Assembly (NCBI GenBank): GCA_043228905.1
Contig: JBHGNT010001448.1
Span: forward strand, 1 to 8,322
Direction: 5' to 3'
Source of the DNA: Azolla caroliniana
Lineage: Eukaryota > Plantae > Polypodiophyta
Length of the DNA stretch: 8,322 nucleotides
The notes beneath the pieces were generated by a model. That model was not told the DNA's origin, did not search any database, and was given only the letters and a program-made list of their open reading frames with translations. Positions 7,701-8,322 of this stretch are shown here, one piece after another. The position numbers and the translations under genes are program-made. Positions within the stretch are counted from its first letter, which is position 1. The number at the start of each line of letters is the position of its first letter.

Positions 7701-7877
7701 TGTACATATGTATGTAAAGCTACATCATACATATATAAATGCCTTTCTTAACAAATTCTTAAGTTTTTATGGATCAGACCAAATGAATAAAAATTCTTAA
7801 ACTTCAAACATGGATTGCAGGGAATTTAAATGCAATTTCCTACAAGGACCATACCCAACTTTCTTTAATGATACAAC
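4662..7877 (+). CDS. LRR receptor-like kinase/protein ectodomain (signal peptide + LRRNT_2 + ~10 LRRs), 11 exons, 3' end unresolved: join(4662..4758,5269..5401,5654..5797,5916..5987,6198..6269,6420..6488,6604..6678,7134..7208,7397..7468,7569..7643,7821..7877)
   Basis: All introns are GT-AG and the spliced 941-nt frame has no stops: MRVIPIYVCFSFIIVLLLLLPQSPHVKAQNNEVQALLSIKTAVAGSGSNTASWDSSASNPCNWTGVTCSSFNRVIALNMSQFGLRGTLPNDSFASLTALTSLDLSYNSLTSPLPSISMLTQLHDLNLTFNAFSEKFPNDILSLKQLVILRISNNFFQGELPEAISTLPNLQELWLGNSSLTSLPKSLPSIVHLTVLTAWGNSLKLTQLPSEWGALVNLSFLNLHDIQLRGTLPSQWGANFTKLQRLHLYNNELTGSIPESWKGMTSLKELRLSTNDLSGNVPAWIGNLQNTADRVEFKCNFLQGPYPTFFNDT. It follows the plant extracellular LRR consensus LxxLxLxxNxLxGxIP and carries several NxS/T sequons. 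No TM or kinase domain is seen inside the window, so RLK versus RLP is inferred. Confidence 0.93.
5269..5401 (+). CDS. Exon 2 (133 nt): LRRNT_2 N-terminal cap
   Basis: ttacag| acceptor; (V)QALLSIK...SWDSSASNPCNWTGVTCSSFNRVIA(L); donor CT|GTAATT, phase 2. Confidence 0.95.
5654..5797 (+). CDS. Exon 3 (144 nt): LRR1-2
   Basis: ttttag|; NMSQFGLRGTLPNDSFASLTALTSLDLSYNSLTSPLPSISMLTQLHD; TT|GTATGT. Confidence 0.95.
5916..5987 (+). CDS. Exon 4 (72 nt): LRR3
   Basis: ttgcag|; NLTFNAFSEKFPNDILSLKQLVI; TT|GTAAGT. Confidence 0.93.
6198..6269 (+). CDS. Exon 5 (72 nt): LRR4
   Basis: Pyrimidine tract + cttcag|; RISNNFFQGELPEAISTLPNLQE; TT|GTGAGC. Confidence 0.95.
6355..6390. repeat. (GA)n microsatellite with two GACA interruptions in intron 5
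   Basis: gagagagagacagagagagagagacagagagagaga. Confidence 0.95.
6420..6488 (+). CDS. Exon 6 (69 nt): LRR5 (23 aa, atypical)
   Basis: ctctag|; WLGNSSLTSLPKSLPSIVHLTV; TT|GTAAGC. Confidence 0.9.
6604..6678 (+). CDS. Exon 7 (75 nt): LRR6 (25 aa, atypical)
   Basis: ctgac branch-like motif + ttacag|; TAWGNSLKLTQLPSEWGALVNLSF; TT|GTAAGT. Confidence 0.9.
7134..7208 (+). CDS. Exon 8 (75 nt): LRR7
   Basis: ttctcaatag|; NLHDIQLRGTLPSQWGANFTKLQR; CT|GTATGT. Confidence 0.92.
7397..7468 (+). CDS. Exon 9 (72 nt): LRR8
   Basis: atgcag|; HLYNNELTGSIPESWKGMTSLKE; TT|GTATGT. Confidence 0.96.
7569..7643 (+). CDS. Exon 10 (75 nt): LRR9
   Basis: acacag|; RLSTNDLSGNVPAWIGNLQNTADR; GT|GTAAGC. Confidence 0.9.
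7667..7738. repeat. (TACA/TGTA)n low-complexity tract in intron 10
   Basis: tgtatgtacatgcatacac...tacatacatgtacatatgtatgta...tacatcatacatatata. Confidence 0.7.
7821..7877 (+). CDS. Exon 11 (57 nt): short final LRR with Cys (start of C-terminal cap)
   Basis: ttgcag|; (V)EFKCNFLQGPYPTFFNDT; AC|GTAAGT, phase 2. Confidence 0.85.
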
Positions 7878-8322
7878 GTAAGTCATCTGCACCTGCACCA
7901 TCACTCTTCCCCTAATGAATGATGACATCCTGAATTAAGGGACAACACATCTAACCATCAAAGGGACCCATTGCAGTCAAATTTGAGGGTCTATCCATGC
8001 ATTCTCAGATAACAATTATATAAATTTAAGCACTCCGAAGGGCATATACCCTATATATGACAAAAATGTAGACTCCATCATCATCATTACAAGTAAAATC
8101 TCTAGAATAGCCCCAAAATTTGCTTTCAAGTGCCCCTGACTTCTCATCCAACAGTTCTCCTCTGGGAAGTAGGCAGGGAATTAAGAAGTCAAGGGCATTG
8201 GAAAAATAAAGCAAAAATCATGGGTATCTCGCTAGTTTTTTGCTAAATATGTGAGAAACTAGATCATCACCTTATGATTGAAACAATGACGTAAGAGGTG
8301 TAAGATAAATCCTTTAATTTTT

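Noticed and set aside
7691-7720. TACATACAT/ATGTATGTA inverted repeat as a MITE or miRNA hairpin
   Set aside because: Expected by-product of a self-complementary low-complexity repeat; too short.
4662-7877. Assigning a symbol such as SERK/BAK1, ERECTA or PGIP
   Set aside because: The LRR number and sequence do not match these (SERK has 5 LRRs, ERECTA ~20, PGIPs are largely intronless), and the kinase needed for classification is outside the window.
8026-8214. Minus-strand ORF with faint copia-like (LDEKS...FWGYS) and, in another frame, chromodomain-like (FPEENCW...HL) words
   Set aside because: The resemblances are short, mutually incompatible and wrongly spaced; cannot be supported without an HMM search.

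Overview
AT-rich, intron-containing land-plant genomic DNA. The lineage cannot be fixed from sequence alone; a fern or other non-seed plant is my low-confidence guess. The main feature is missed by the ORF track because its exons are short. It is a + strand gene (ATG at 4662) with 11 GT-AG exons up to 7877 that splice into a stop-free frame of 941 nt (313 codons + 2 nt). The frame encodes a signal peptide, an LRRNT_2 cap (W...CxWxGVxC) and about 10 leucine-rich repeats, almost one per 69-75 nt phase-2 exon. This is the ectodomain of an LRR receptor-like kinase/protein; its 3' end is not resolved in the window. About 3.2 kb upstream, on the same strand, two decayed exons of an RLK/Pelle kinase domain (1110-1167, 1349-1449) point to a dead tandem paralog. 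Bases 1-890 hold a degenerate minus-strand Ty3/gypsy gag with a broken zinc knuckle and a possible protease remnant. The intergenic region contains a telo-box-like AAACCCTA cluster, a ~72-bp three-copy degenerate tandem repeat, a probable unidentified decayed coding relic and microsatellites. I see no RNA genes or CRISPR, and no convincing wholly new biological system. The most interesting points are the kinase fossil, two non-plant-type LRR modules inside the receptor, and a possible early-stop (secreted) splice form.
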